Positions 11,440-26,100 of a stretch of DNA of 64,000 bases are shown piece after piece. Source of the DNA: Rhina ancylostomus (taxonomy: Eukaryota); contig JARFYF010000029.1 of NCBI GenBank assembly GCA_030265395.1, forward strand, positions 24,516,701 to 24,580,700, in the 5' to 3' direction. The position numbers were made by a program, and so were the translations under genes. Position 1 is the first letter of the stretch. The number at the start of each line of letters is the position of its first letter. The notes under the pieces are model-generated. The model did not search any database and was not told the origin of the DNA. It was given only the letters and a program-made list of their open reading frames with translations.

Positions 11440-13680
11440 TTTTGTTTCTCCTTAACTGTCCATCATTTGAGAACAATCCTAGTTTCTTCATCTCTCCAAA
11501 TTTCTCATTTCAGGCATCAAAAAAGTATCTGTTTATCATTACTCTCTGCCACCTATGGCTTCAATTACTTGCCCAAGTTATACCTGTCCCTTAACACCAA
11601 AGAAATCCATTGATACACATTTAAATCATTGCTTTTTGGGAAGTCCTTGTGTACAACATCAACAGCACCACTTTTATTAATATTCTCTTACTTCAAAGAA
11701 TTCAATCAGATCACTTGGACAAGCATTGGTCACCCAACATGATTAATGTATCTAATGCAATCTTTAGGTNNNNNNNNNNTGATATTAACTGACTCACGCT
11801 TCTCCAAGTGACGATTAATGTTTCTTTGGTTGCTGTCTCTTAAGTGTTCCCCTCCCCACCCAATTAATATTGGCCCAACTGGACTATAATTACTATGTTT
11901 ATCCTGCTCACTTTACTTCAAGTGAGAGAGCAGGCATGTAATATTTCTAATCTTTTGGTCCTTATCATTACTCCCAGGAAGATCCAAGTTGTAGTCAGAG
12001 TATCTGTATCTTCACCTCACTTCTCCCAACAACCAAGCATGGACACAGTAACATTTTCTTCTGAGAAACTTTTAAGCACCTCATCCTTAGATGTTATTGG
12101 ATTCAATTTCTCTCCATTTCTCTTCCTTTATTGTGACATTGACAGTGGTATCTCGTGAAGACAGATATAAATTGTTCATTCACTACATCTGTCACATCGT
12201 CTGCCTGCAGATTTCCTTTCATGCTGAATCACCCTTCCTTTTAACTGTTCTTTTACCATTTATACAGATCTAAAAAAAGACTTCAGAACTTCCTCATTCT
12301 GTTTGTTGATTTATTCTCATAAGTGAAAAGGGACAATAACCATTTAACAGTACAGTAGAATATCACAGAAGAAATTGGTTAGCATTTGAATTCTGAGGCA
12401 TCTCTCAAGTCTTCCATAAAATTGAAGCTTGAATCCCCTCTTTCCACGTTCATTCTTCACCTGCCCCCCCACCCAACTTTCATTCTTGTTGATACCCAAA
12501 CTAATTTAAGGCTTCCTCTGACTGATCACTTTTTTTTCCCCATTCTGAATGGGCTAAGTCCTATTTTCACTCAGTGAAATTAGCCTGCCTTCATTTTCAT
12601 GACGGATTGCTCCTTGTTTTTTTTCCCCATAATTACTCTAAACTTAATGTTGAAATCATGGTCATTGGTCAAAGCACAAATCACTTGCTCCACATCATTC
12701 TTTGCAATCAGTTCTATTTCTGCTTCTTTCCTTGTTTTGGGTAAAACATACTGATAAAGAAAATTCTCCCAAGCACACTTTGGAAAATTCCTCCCTTTCT
12801 GTCACTAATGCTGATATTCCAGAAGTGCAGTGGCACAGTGATCAAGTTACTGGCCCAAAGTGCTTGGACGAACAACCCAGAGACCCAAGTTCAAATCTCA
12901 CCATGGCAGCTGTGGAAATTAAATGTAATAAAATTCAACAGCAGGTAGTACTACTGCCTCACAGCTCCAGCAATTCTATCTTATCCTGACCTCCAGTGCT
13001 GCTTGGGAATGTATTGATTCCTCCAAGGTACCGTTCCCACCTCCTAGACGTGCACTGTTCGGTAGGTTAATTGTTTACTGTACAATTATTCCTAGTGTAG
13101 GTGGATGGTCGGAGAATCAGGATTAAACTGATAGCTAATGGGTGTGTGAGAAAGAACAGGTTACAGGAAAATAAGTAAGGGGATGAGATTGATGGAACCA
13201 TTCAAGAGCATGCATTGAGTCCATGGGTCAAATGGTCTCCTTCCAATGTTATAAAATATTTCTCAATCTGTACTGCATTAATCAAGTCTCATTGTGATGT
13301 TATAATGCTTGCATCTTTGTGAAATTTGGCTTAAATGTTCTCCATTTCTTTCCTACCAGTTTGATGGTCTATAGCACACAGTCAACAACAGAATAATTCC
13401 TCCTTTTCCCCATTTCTAACCAAACAGCCTTTGAACCCTTTAGTTGATCATCCCTTTTTAATGGTATTTGATATTATCCCCAAGTCATTTTTCTCTAAAT
13501 ACACTGTAGCCAGGAATATTTAAAATTTTGTAATTTTTTTGAGCCACGTCTCTCTTACTGCTGTATATCCATGCAACAATCAGTGCCTGCAGCTCACACA
13601 TTTTATTGACCATGTTCCATGCACATGCAGTCCAAGTCATCCTGGTCTGCTTTGCATTTCCCCTCATTTGATCCCTCCCA
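11440..13680 (-). mobile_element. Fragmented old CR1 ORF2 (endonuclease to RT) with nested SINEs
   Basis: NMVNKMCELQALI..W......LNIPGYSVFR (endonuclease start, 13485-13640) and LIEFFEV..AVDVV..DF.KA (RT, ~11620-11720). Confidence 0.7.
12826..13250 (+). mobile_element. tRNA-derived SINE head (12826-12935) followed by a V-domain SINE (12945-13250)
   Basis: gtggcacagtg A-box and agttcaaatc B-box, then ctgcctcacagctccag...ttcccacctcc...ggtaggttaattg. Confidence 0.65.
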
Positions 13681-16600
13681 CTTCTGAAAAATATAAACCA
13701 TATTGTGTTAGAATTGCTTCCCGCTTTCCTTTCAGCATTTGTTTTACTCCACAATAAGCATCCAAAACTGGCTATTGTCAGCCTCAACTATAAAATTCAC
13801 ATCACGACACACATCGTGTACAGCTGGACATCTGCCAAAACCAGAGCACTGCCTCATAAATCGTTTTCTTCGTGGTTTCTGGCCCCTCCCTTTCCCAGAT
13901 AAAACTACCAGCTTATTTCCTCTCAAACATTGCATTCCCCTTTGCAGGAGGTCTGCTTCACCAATGGTCCAGATCATTCCAAACTGCACCCACACCTTAT
14001 GAATAATCTCCACTGCAGTACCAGTTCTGAGCAGGATTGCTCAATATAAGGAAATAATTTACACTTCTTTGTGCAGTGATTGTAAATATGCAAAAGCAGA
14101 AGTCATGGAGGAAATACTTTGACAGCACAGACAATTTTTGTATTGTCTCGCCAACCTGGAAGAATCTGGGGATTTATCAAAGGAAATTAGTTCAAACTAT
14201 TCGTGAACATTATTCAAAGGCTAAGTAAGGAAAATAAAAGTTACCTTTACTACCAAACTTAAATATAAAAGAATCTGGCACAAAACAGGAATGTAGTTAC
14301 AGTAACTAGGAAACTCCTATGGTTGCAAAACTCTGAGATCAGTTTACATTCTGTTATTAAAAATGTTCATTAAAGCCACAACAATTCCAATGACAGCAAC
14401 ACTTGTATAGCCTGCTCAAAAAGATACATTTCAGTTTTATGTCCAGTACAGCTTTTATTTAATCAGCAACTAGCATAAATTTAGATTTAATACCTCACCT
14501 CAATTAATTATTTTTAAAATATAACTGGTGTTTTCTATATAGGCAAGTCTAATCATCAGGCTACATAGAACAAGCTCCACAAATACCAAAATCTACAAAT
14601 GATTTGAAATGGATTTTACTTTTACAAAGTTTCTCTTGAAAATGAATAGTCTCTCAAGATCAGCATCAGCAATTGTTGCCTTATACAGATACAAATTCTG
14701 TATTACCTAGAGAACACTTACCATCAGGAATCCAGTTAAACAAAAGCATGACCTAGGATTTGCAACAATAGATTCCTTGTTGAAGGTAACAGATACTATA
14801 ATCTCACACAGTACTTTTTGTACTCTCATCTTACTGAAAAATAGACATGGAAAGCACTCAAGACAGAGCCAACAATAAATCAGCAGAATGGCTCATTTTA
14901 TTCCCTGTATATTAATAACTAAAATAGTTTAAGGTTTTCTCCAAATCTTATGAATCAATATCTCTGCTCTCAGCTCCAGTAGCACAGTAAATTAATTCAT
15001 CCAAGCAGTAAACAAACATGAAAGTTTACAAGCAATCTCTCAGTTTGACTCATCTAGATTCAATCTGCTCAAGGATTTCTTTTCTTGCAAGAGTTAGGGA
15101 AGACGAAGGTTAATCTCGGAACCCTCCCTAGGCTTCATATTAAGTATGACTTGGCATGCCGATCTGCCAAATTTCAAAGAGAGATCGTGCACTTTGGCTC
15201 GGAGCTGTGGCAATTATATTAACTGTCCAAGAATCTGTTCCTGCCATAAAATGAACCCCTCTATCCTATAGTGAAGAACCAAACCATATTCAATATTGAG
15301 ATGTGCTAATACTCAAGGTGTTAAATGATTGCTGACTCAAATCTAAATTTGTATATGGAAATACAATCTTTGACACCAATTTGAATTCACAAAACAAATG
15401 ATAATTCTATCGTTTGAGAGCGTTTAAATAATTTAAATGTGATTTAGTGCTGAAATACTGTAAATCAATGCCCTTAGACTTTTACACGGTTTCAGGGCTG
15501 TCTTCTCCCACTCAGTTACACTGCTCTGACATCTATGTAAAAGGGCAATCTACACAAGTATCCTGCATGCATAATGTGCTGTTATTGATCCACACACAAA
15601 TCTTAAGAATGCAAAAAACAGAAGGCCATTCAGCTTCTCATGTCTGTTCTATCATTTAACAAGCCAACAGATGAACTATCTCAAAGCTACTTTCCTGCAC
15701 TAATAATTCCTCCATTACTTTAATACCCAAAAATCTATTAATCTCTGTCCAGCATAACTTAAAGTGATATTATATTAAATAGAGGATAACATCAGAATAG
15801 CCTGGGTGTTCTGCCATTATCTTTGAAAATAGATGGACAAAATAACAAAAAGCAGTTAAGAAAACATATAGAGCATTTAGCTTTATGGATAGTGCACTGA
15901 ATAAGAAAATGACAAAGTCATGTTTGACCTTTACACTTAAGGATTAGGTCTCAGAATATATGGGTAATACATTGAGGAGAATATAGTCCATGAGATGATG
16001 CAAGGATGACACCAGCAATGTGAAACATAATCAGTGGACTTAATGGACATATCTTAATTTCTAATATTGCTTGCTATGGGACATTGAGATATTGAATTAA
16101 TGTTTGCTGGTGAACTGCAGAATGGCATTACACCAGGAAGACTTGATAATCTGTGGGACTCAACTGTAAACAGGTTGTTTACATTCCTGATATCTTGAGA
16201 TATGATAAAGGAAGATCATTATTTTCAGTAAGAAATGGAAATTCAGTGAGAAAAAGAACATGGCAGGAGAGACAAGAGTGCACAGACCACACTGAACTAA
16301 CTAAACTCTCGATGCATGTTTCCTGTACCTATCAGTCATGTTATTGCATTGGTCAAAACCTCCACTCAAATTATATTTTTCAAAGAATCCTACAAACACC
16401 TCAAATTGGCTCAATGCAACTTCAACTCAGAATATTTCAAGAGAATCCAATCCAGCAACAAATCTGGCAAGAAAAGGCATCTTTACTTGGATGATTCATG
16501 CAGCATGAAATGAAATTTTGATTTAAAAATCACTATAGCCTTGGTGTTCTTTGTAACTGAACAATATTCATGAAAAGCATCTGGATTAACAGAGTACTAC

Positions 16601-16744
16601 TTGTAAAAGGATGCTTTGCAATGTTTACTACCTAATGCATCACAAGAGTGTTCATTCAAGGTAGTTAACAGAGATTAATAATTGTATATTGCTGTAATCC
16701 TTGCATCATGTTTTCTTTCAATACTCTACAAATGTATCTGATAT

Positions 16745-17172
16745 TAGTTGTCTGGATTGGAGAACTTTACTTATGGGAAGGGACTGGATAGGCTGGGCTT
16801 GGTTTCCCTGAGCAAAAGGTTGAGGGGTTACCTGAAAGAGGTATATAAAATTCTAAGAGGCATGAAGGGGGTAGGTTGATAAAGTCTTTTCCCCAAGGTA
16901 GGGGTGTCAAAAACAAGGGGCATATGTTTCAGGGCAAGAGGTAGGTTTCAAAAGGGGATCTGAGCAGAAAGTTACTTGTTTTTCTAGAAAAAACAGAGTG
17001 GGTGGTACCTGGAATTTGCTGTCAGAGGTGGTGGTGGAATCAGATGCAGTCCCTATAGTTAGGAAATATTTAGACAGGTACTTGACTAGGCAAATGGGAT
17101 TAGTGTTGATGGGCAAAAAGGTCAGCACGGACACTGTGGGATAAAGGGCTAATTTCTGTGCTACACAACTAC
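16745..17172 (+). mobile_element. CR1 LINE 3' end
   Basis: Typical CR1 end: ggataggctgggcttg...gaggtatataaaatt...acagagtgggtggtacctggaat...tttagacaggtac...aagggctaatttctgtgct. Confidence 0.85.
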
Positions 17173-18544
17173 AATTTTAAATCATAATGGACTAGTATTG
17201 TTGCAAGTGACAGTTAAAGTCAATACATGCATTACAATTACTCAAAATTAATCGCATATGGTTATATTCCTCCATATTACACTCTAATGCAGTCACAGCA
17301 ATGCATGTTAAAAAGATTGTTACATTTATAGTTTTGGAAGAATGTTGATGGTCTGTCACTAACATTAAGAACCTATAAAATAAGATTACCTCAAATCTTT
17401 TGCCACAGCTTGATGTACCAATTAAAGCTACAACAGTATCTGGATCAATACAACACAAGAACTAAGCTATAAACTTTGCCATGGGCAGCTGATCACATTA
17501 ATTCATGAGGGTCGACCTGTTTCATTTCACATAATTCAACTTATAATGGTCAATGCAAATGTTAAATTAACTCTACAAATTTGCAAATTGCAATGTATTT
17601 ATATTGCTGGAGTAGGAGTTAAGATCAGCATTTCTGACAAAGATGCATATTCAATTAATAGATGTAGGCCAAAATAACTTTGCAAATCAGATAAATAAAA
17701 ACAGAGGTCATCAGTGGGAACTACAATAATCCAGAACTATAATATATTACACTTCCAAGGAAAATGCATTAATCTTGCCTGATGGAAATACAAAGTATCC
17801 TTAAAAATGTATGCATTCTTTCCTTCTTCAAAAAAAACAGTAATGGGTATTAGCTACAATAATGAAATACATAGAGATTACTGAATTTACATGTGCAATA
17901 TATGACATTTTTCATACTCGTGAACATTATTCTCTGAAAATACATTACCATAAATTGTTATTTCTGTAATCCATTGTCAGATGTTTCAAAAAGGAAATAA
18001 ATTCCCTTACAGTTGGCACGTTAGAGATAGATTAAATTTAATGCAATTAGCATGGAAAATTGAGCTTGATAATCACACCACATGAATGACATTCAAAGAA
18101 CTCAAGATACAATTCAAGAGAGCCTTACTGGGGTCAATACTGAACAGGGGTTAATTTTAACTTCCACTGAGATCACACAATTGTTGAAATAGTTAAATTA
18201 AGGTGAGCTGTATGGTCTTCTTCAGCCATTAGATGATAAACAAACTGGTAAATTTTGATTATCAAATCCAATTAATGAGTAGAAAGAAACAGGGCTCCTG
18301 ATTATTTGAAGTGCACTAATGTATGTACTAATCCTGTATAATTTAAATTAGTGGCGGTGTTTCAGTATCACAGCACCATGATAGGGTGGTCTATGCTTTG
18401 CCTTCCTGAAGTCCTGACTGTTGCATCCTCCACAGTAAACTGATAATTTACAAAGTAGACCTGTTTATTTTGACTGTAGAACAAGCTTCATTCTACAAAT
18501 AATACTGTTTGCAACTAGTTTATAATCAGTTTTAGATAGATTGG

Positions 18545-19130
18545 TTCAGATTGTCAAACCAAAGGTTGTGAACAGGTACTGAACAGGAGTGACAAAGGAA
18601 CAAGGTTTGGGAAGGGGATTGAATCTCAGGTCATGTTTTGTAAGTAAGTTTCCGAAGTAAGGGAAGAATGTAATAAGGCAGATGTGCTCAAAGGAGATCT
18701 CCAAAAGGCAGGAACAAAGAGGTCGAGGGAGCAAGGAAAGACACGTTGGTCAATAGTTACCAAATAACAGAAGATATGTCTTCAAGGCTACGATACCCTG
18801 ACTACAGGAGAAATTGAAGCTTGTGAGAAGTGAGCAGGGAAAAGAAGATCAAATCTGTCATAAGCTTAAGGCATGAAGGGTTGTATGACCAACTCCTGCC
18901 TGTTTCCTTCATGTTCTCACAGGGCTGAAGGATGCCACGGAGTTAGGAAGGAGCAAGGCCAAGGGTTAAAAGTTGATTCCGTAGGCTACAGGATTACATC
19001 AGGTAAGAAAAAGCACACATGCGTATTTCACCAGTACATAAGGAAAAGGGCAGAAATGGGTGATATTTAAGAAATAAAAAGAACAGTACTGGTTATGGAC
19101 TGAATATTGGAAGCACTCAAAATGGATAAA
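18545..19130 (-). mobile_element. L2-like LINE fragment, very decayed
   Basis: Purine-rich + strand. The minus strand has weak similarity to the L2 RT C-terminus (CL.EI..., ..LN..K). Confidence 0.4.
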
Positions 19131-20729
19131 ATAAACATTAAACATCTCAAGTACACCTTTGGAATTAAAATAGGCAGCTACACCTCCTGAAATAAAAACG
19201 GAATACCCTAACTTAATAGGATAGAAATACCCTAGTAAGGCAGCACCTGCTGAAACAATTAGCATCGCTGTTTCAAGATCAATGACCTTTCACCATATTT
19301 CAAAGTTAACAAGACGCCTGCTGGAGATCCTCCATTGACATCAATTTGTTATTACAGAAGCAACTGTAATGCCTTTAAAATGATCCAACAAACCCACACC
19401 CACCTTACTTATCCATCCTTTCAAAATTTTCAGGGTTAGCTGTCATAACAGCTGACCCACTTATCTTCAAGAGCTGTTTATCCTTTGCTTTGGTGGCACT
19501 AATTTTTTTTTCCACTGATAAGAAAACTAAGCCCTATGTAAACTAAACCTGATACCACCCATCTCATTACCTAATTAAAAATCCCTTACAGTCCAATGGA
19601 TATTAAAATCTCAAAGCTTATGCAATTATTAAAAGTTTGACTGGGGAAATTTTAGTATGGAATATTAAAAATGCAGGCTGAAGCAAATAGAGGCAGCTAG
19701 GCTGAAGTTTAAAAGTAACAATTCCTTCAGCTTGTCACATGCCATCAAATATTGGTGTAAAAAATATAGCGGAATATCAGATGAACTCAAAATGTTCAAC
19801 TGATTTCCTATGGGTCAGAAATATTAAAACATGCCCCAATATCACCACATGATAAAAGTAGTGTTTGTGCAGTTTATCTAACCTTTCAGATTCTGTTGTA
19901 TGAAAGACAGTAACCAAAATATAAATGTATATCATATTTATATATTTCACCCCAGATCCATCCCGAATAGAGTATGCTATCATGTGGATGATAGAATACT
20001 CCAATAGTCAAAAGTGCATTCTATTCAGTAATAATTACTGGATTAGATCACTGCAAACAGCAAAAATTCAAGACAGAACTTCTTACGGTAGTCCTTGCAT
20101 ACACCAGAAATGAGTAATGTGCACTTTCACAGTTTTTCTTTGTAGTTGATCTGGGCTTGACGTCCATTCATTGAGTTATNNNNNNNNNNNNNNNNNNNNN
20201 NNNNNNNNNNNNNNNNNNNNNNNNNNNNNNNNNNNNNNNNNNNNNNNNNNNNNNNNNNNNNNNNNNNNNNNNNNNNNNNNNNNNNNNNNNNNNNNNNNNN
20301 NNNNNNNNNNNNNNNNNATTTCTTTGAAAAAAAAGCTGGACTCCATGTTAATATGTAGCTTTTTAAATTGCTCAATTTCATCTTTAAACCATTTTAGTCA
20401 CAAGACATTTTATTACAAATATTAGTGTAGTTTCAAACAACGTTGATTTAGGATGTCATGGTGAACCAGTTCAAGAAGTTACCAAAGTTCACTGTAGTTT
20501 GAAAACTGTCAGACAAAAGATGCAAGAAAAAGCATGTTGCATGTGTAGTATTTTCAAGAGTTTGTCCCAGGATTGTGCAAAATCTCATCACTTTCATTTT
20601 CACTGCCAGGAAGGGCTAGAGAGAGAACGTGCACATTCGAACGAGGCATAACAAAGAATTGCTGACATGGGGAGACTTCTTACTACTGTGATGGAGCAAA
20701 AATATTGTTTTAATCAAGTCTCAGCATAA

Positions 20730-21238
20730 CAGAGAGGATAAACACCACCAGCAATGTGGCCCTAGTTCCAGGCCAACAGTCTCAACAGTGAGGCCCTCTT
20801 TTCTCAGTCTGGTACTTTGGGCCTGTCACGTCATTCATGTGCCTAACATCAGACTCCCAAAACAGTCACTATCCTGAGCTCTGACATGAGAGAGATTACC
20901 AAGCAGACAGTGAAAAAGATTCAAGAATGTGCTCAAAGTCTTCTTGAAGTGCAACATATCCACTGACTTCTGGGAACTGCTGGCCCTTGACTGCTTGAAG
21001 AGGAGAAAGACAGCATTCAGGATGACATTGAGAACAGAGGCAATACATCAGGACCACTGGAGAAGCTTGGAATAAGCGACACAAGGAGCAGGCCACCTAA
21101 TAAACAACCCACCCCATCAGGCATATCCTGTCCCTACCCAGTTCTCACATTGGCCTCATTAGCCATCTTGGAACCCATAAAGCCAAAGTAGAAGCAAGTC
21201 ACCCTCATTCCCAAGGAGCTGCCTAAGAAGCAGCAGCA
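20730..21238 (+). mobile_element. RTE-clade LINE 3' fragment
   Basis: ...cagactcccaaaacag (RLPKQ)...cacattggcctcattagccatctt (HIGLISHL)...ctgcctaagaagcagcagc tail. Homologous to 1330-1711. Confidence 0.8.
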
Positions 21239-22089
21239 ATTAGCTCAGCTACAACTTTTAACTATATCTGATAAATTTTCCATTGAATAACACAATAAAT
21301 CCAATATTTTGACATTCTGTACCTATGGAATTTAGTGTGTGCTGCAGAAATTCTGCCCTTCATTTTCATCCCTCCATATTTATCTTCTAGTTTTCCCCAT
21401 TATAACAGTTTTGGGACTAATGCATAGTAGACCAAATTCCAAACAGAATCAGTTAATACCCATCTTCAAATCCTATTCCTATGTACCTTCTGTATTCCCA
21501 AGCATTTCACCTTTATTGCTGGAGTGTATAAGAGATGAAACCCTCTGGATTTTATTCGTTTTGTTGAAAAATGTGGAAGATCTTTAAAAAGTGCCTTTTA
21601 ATAGACAAGTGTGCAAGATTTTTAAAAAGTTACAGCTGATACATCTTAGAAAAATCGGTGTTAAATAGCATCAGCCTAATTTAGAATACCAGGCATTCAT
21701 CATCTGCTATTTAAGCACTGGGTACCTTACCAATGAAAGTCACAGATGGCAAAAAGTACAATAAACAGAAGGATTTTGAAACCAAGTACAGCACTTTTCA
21801 ATGAATTTAAAATGCATCATTTATCAAAGCATTTGCACAGTATTCTCAAAATGTAGATTACGACTGTTTTAGAGTCTTAAACTACCTGAAGGTTCTCTGT
21901 GACCTTGGTACACTGATAAGGGTGAAGACAAATTTACACAAGCCTACAGATTCAACAGTTTTGAAGAAGATCCAAGATCAAATGGCTTCGTTTCTAAGAA
22001 GGACCACCAAACCTAGGGAATAAATTGAAATCCTATTTTGTTAAAACTCAGTTTTCTAATGGTGTATGTAATATGAAAATTTAATCCAA

Positions 22090-22330
22090 TTCATATCCCA
22101 TGGTAGCTGTCCAGCTCCTAGCCACAACACTACCTATCAGGAACAAGGGAATTTTCTGGCTAAGTTCATCCCTAATGCAAAACTAAAAGTAAATCATTTG
22201 ACCATTATCGCATTGCAACTCCTCAGATCTTGCTGTACATAAACTAAAAGATGCTTCTTTTATATTACAGTGACAACACTTCAGAAGTACTTCACTATTG
22301 TAAAGCATAGAAGCATCATGTGGTCATGAA
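22090..22330 (+). mobile_element. Deu-domain SINE (SacSINE1-like), 3' part
   Basis: gatcttgctgtacataaa...attacagtgacaacacttcagaagtacttc, homologous to 55980-56055. Confidence 0.55.
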
Positions 22331-22769
22331 ATTCCTTACTAAATGCATGTTGTTTTCTTTCCACCTGAAACTTAACTGTATTACTTTGTATATTTATGGT
22401 CAATTTCATGCCAATAGATGCTTGCGACAATTGGTTTCTGTGGCTCTCCTCAAGTATCAGCAAAGTGAATGAAAGTGAAATTTGAGGAGAACAAAGGAAA
22501 ATGTTGGGGCAGGAGGTGGGAGGGGAAATGTTGTGGAGAAAGGAATGGTTGAAGAACTTTTTTTTAAAAGGAGGTTTTGAAGATAAATTAATGAATCTAG
22601 AAGGACTTATTGAACCTTACCAAAGTTTGAAAGATTTGATGTAATTCCTAGAGAAAAGCAAGGCTGATAATAATCTGTTGTCAGAAACATGAAAAGGGCA
22701 TTTGAGGATATAAAGATGGAGAAGACAACATGGATGAGAAGGGAAGAAAGCCCGAAAAGGCTTTTACTT

Positions 22770-23115
22770 AAATGGCATTTAACATCAGCATTGCTTGATC
22801 ACCTATGGAGAATCTAACAATGTAGTCACCGTCATGATGTTAGAAAATATGCAGCCAACCAGCAAATATCAAGATACCAAAAGCAACAAATAATATTGGA
22901 CCAGAGATAAATATTGACTAGAAAACCACATTTCCTCTATTTTTCTTTCAATAGCACCAGAGGATCTTCAGCATCTTCAGGAGAACAGGCATCGCTTTGA
23001 CTGAATCTCAGATCTAAATGACAGTACAGCTTTGAAACATAAACCAAGATTATGTGTTTAAAATCCCTGGTGTGGAGCTTAATGCAGGAGGCAAAAATGC
23101 TACAACTGAAGCAAA
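22770..23115 (-). mobile_element. Deu-domain SINE (SacSINE1-like)
   Basis: gataaatattgac...aatagcaccagaggatctt...agattatgtgtttaaaatccctggtgtgg, matching the copy at 46030-46430. Confidence 0.65.
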
Positions 23116-26100
23116 TCTGTCACCACCAAAGCATGAGGAATTTGCAATAAACTAAAGATTAGGATCTTGATTCTACATGATTAGATCCATGAACTTCATA
23201 GAGTTTGATAAGGATAGATGGAAGTATGCTACACTTGGTGCAAGGCTGCACATGGCATGGAGTTCCAAATACCACAAGTGCATAGATGATGATGGCATAA
23301 TCATGAAATTAAAATAATCAACATTCAGAAGCAGCTGTTTCAGTGCAATATTACTAATCATGCTAGACAGACCAGTAATTACATAGCATTATTTGTTGGT
23401 AATAAAATTATATATTTGGAAATTTGGAAGAAAGCCTCTTAATTGAGACTTTCTCCTCTGTTTACAATTTGACTATAAGTGTTTTTCTGGAGCATACCAC
23501 ACAGATGAAAAGCCTTTGATTTGAGGGCACAAGTACCAAACTACATTATATGTAATTCAACACATGGATCATCTTAAACAGCAAATTCCTTGAACCCAGT
23601 CTAGGTAAGAATGGTGCCTAGAGAGAGAGTGTAAAATGGCAATTATCTTGGGGGAGGGGAATAGAGATGGGGAGTGAAAATAGCAAAGTCACTAACCTTG
23701 GAGCTACCCTTCTGAAACTGGCAAATATTTTCTTCAAGACATGCATTTCCTTGTTACTCCAAAGTGCAGCTGCAATTCTAACTAAGTGAAGGGAAATCCC
23801 ATTATTGAACCTTATAGCCACTNNNNNNNNNNNNNNNNNNNNNNNNNNNNNNNNNNNNNNNNNNNNNNTGTACAAAATCTACAATAGTGATTCACTAGCC
23901 CATTTCACAATCAAAATGAAAAAGGCAAGTAAGATAGGCAACCAATTCTAGTTTAAGATGGCTAATATTATACACGCCTGCCTCATTATGCAGTGTATGA
24001 CCGTCGTGCAACTAAAGCTTGAATTCTTCCTGAGAAGTACCCATAATTCACATTTAAGCCATGTATTATTAATCATATACATTTTGCCATTTTGTTTTAT
24101 AATTTTAACATCAGTCTCATTGTCACTAGATATGGTATGATCTTATTGAGATAAGAACCATGATGCCAATTTCCTCATAATTTATCATGAAATTGAATAC
24201 AATTTATAGGTCATCTTATTAATGAACTGCTGCAGCTGTTGTCTTACTATTTTTGCTTTTACTGCTATGTCTTCAAACATAAGAAATATTATCAGTGACA
24301 CTATTTTAGAATCACACTTTTTAAATAACTCCTAAGTATTACTTTGATGTTGAAACATATTAGCCATACAAAATATAAGTAAAACAGAATGTAACTTGTT
24401 TAATTCAAAACATTCTTCAATATACAACAATTTTACCAACAGGTCAGTAAGGTTTTATGTAATTTTATAAATATGCTTTGTTGCTCAAGGCAAAAATTGA
24501 TCATAATTTGTGAAATGAACCAGATAGGCCCATGAAGCTTTGCAAATCAGAACCTCACAAAGACATGATTTCCCACAGGAAGATAACTGAACATATGCCA
24601 ATGAGGATCAGACTCATGCAGTCATCTACTGCATTTTTTCCCAGATATTATAGTTTCATTTACTTCAGTAATTTAACAAATGCAAATGTTTAACTGCAAT
24701 TTTTAAGATACACCACTTTATAAGTATAGTTTTGTAAGCCTGAATTTGACAACATTCTTAATACAAAGTCAGCATGTTTTACATCAGTCATTTCAAAATA
24801 GATCATATCTTTTGCAATTTTCCCTTGCGTTCTCAGAATAAGCTTACCGTCTTCAATTTAATTACTAATAGCATGGTTCAAGACTAAAATTCTTTACTGA
24901 ATAATGCTTAAGGTAACTAAAATGGTACAGCCTATTTCAATTCACAAAAAAATGCAAATGTATATAGCCCACCACAGTTTAAGAAAAAAAATGCATTAAA
25001 TTGACAATAGTCAAAATTCTAAACTTAAACCATAAAATGTTTCATTCTCCATTTTGTCTGTGTTCTATCATGAAAGCTTGCAGTTTTGAAAAATAAAAAC
25101 TCTAAACTTTTAATGTATAGTTAACATTATAATTCACTTAACATTTAAAGGAGGAAAATGCTAACTTTAGTTAAATTAACTATGATAAATCTACATTGTA
25201 TTAATAATTCTAACAGTTGTAATTTGCATCAACATCCTGTAACTTTCCTTTGTCATCCAAACCTTTACATCCTTCCTAATATTTCATTGTTCTGTGATGA
25301 TGTAACATTGACCCATTCATCCCTCTGTCTCTGAAAATGTTGATATATTGGGCAAAGGGTTCAACTCTCATAAAATGTTGCTACTTCAGCATGCTGAGCC
25401 TACTTAACATCCAGTCTGGCAAACCAAATCCCTCCAATTAAACTGTTAAGTTAATTCAATGTAATCAATCCTGAAAGATCAAATCTTATTTCAGTGAAAA
25501 GCGAATGAAAAGTGAAATAAACAGTGACTGTCACTTCCTTTCCATTACTTTTAATACTTCATCCACATTTATGGCACAAATTGCATGGATGGCTCAAATT
25601 TCTCTACAGCAAAGCATATTTCAATACTATTTAGGACAACTGTTTTATTAGTATTACTGCAGGAACAAACAGTGGCCACGATGAAATGAAACAATTTTCA
25701 CAGTACCTTCAATGCTCACTTAAACAGGGAGAATGGATCTCAGCTAAATCCCTCAAATGAGCGAATATGTCTCCAACAACATAGCTTAGGCATTGAGACT
25801 CGAACCCATAACTTTCCATATCAGAAGTACGATTTTACACTACCAATATCCTGTAATTATGGAAAAACTCTTTCACTTCTATGTTGTGTCAGATAAAATT
25901 TGGAATACAAAACTATACATATGAGAAAAGCAATGTGCCACAAAATTAAGCAAATGAGTAAACCATTGTGCCAATTCACCTTGTAAGAGTTATTGAGCTT
26001 CATTAAAAAACAGCCATGAAAATTAACCCAGAATGCTGACTTGTCTCTCATGCTCATTTGCATTCCTTACAATGTCTGCTTCAATGGCTACTCCCTCCCA

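Noticed and set aside
21656-21720. Imperfect inverted repeat ggtgttaaatagca / tgctatttaagcact
   Set aside because: Short, with a long loop. It is probably chance or a repeat remnant.
23618-23875. KIFASFRRVAP as possible DOCK4 exon 2 (VIASFRGTVP...)
   Set aside because: Similarity stops after ASFR. There is no GLSLEIGDTVQILEK and no suitable acceptor. I did not find exon 2 anywhere in 1-32077.
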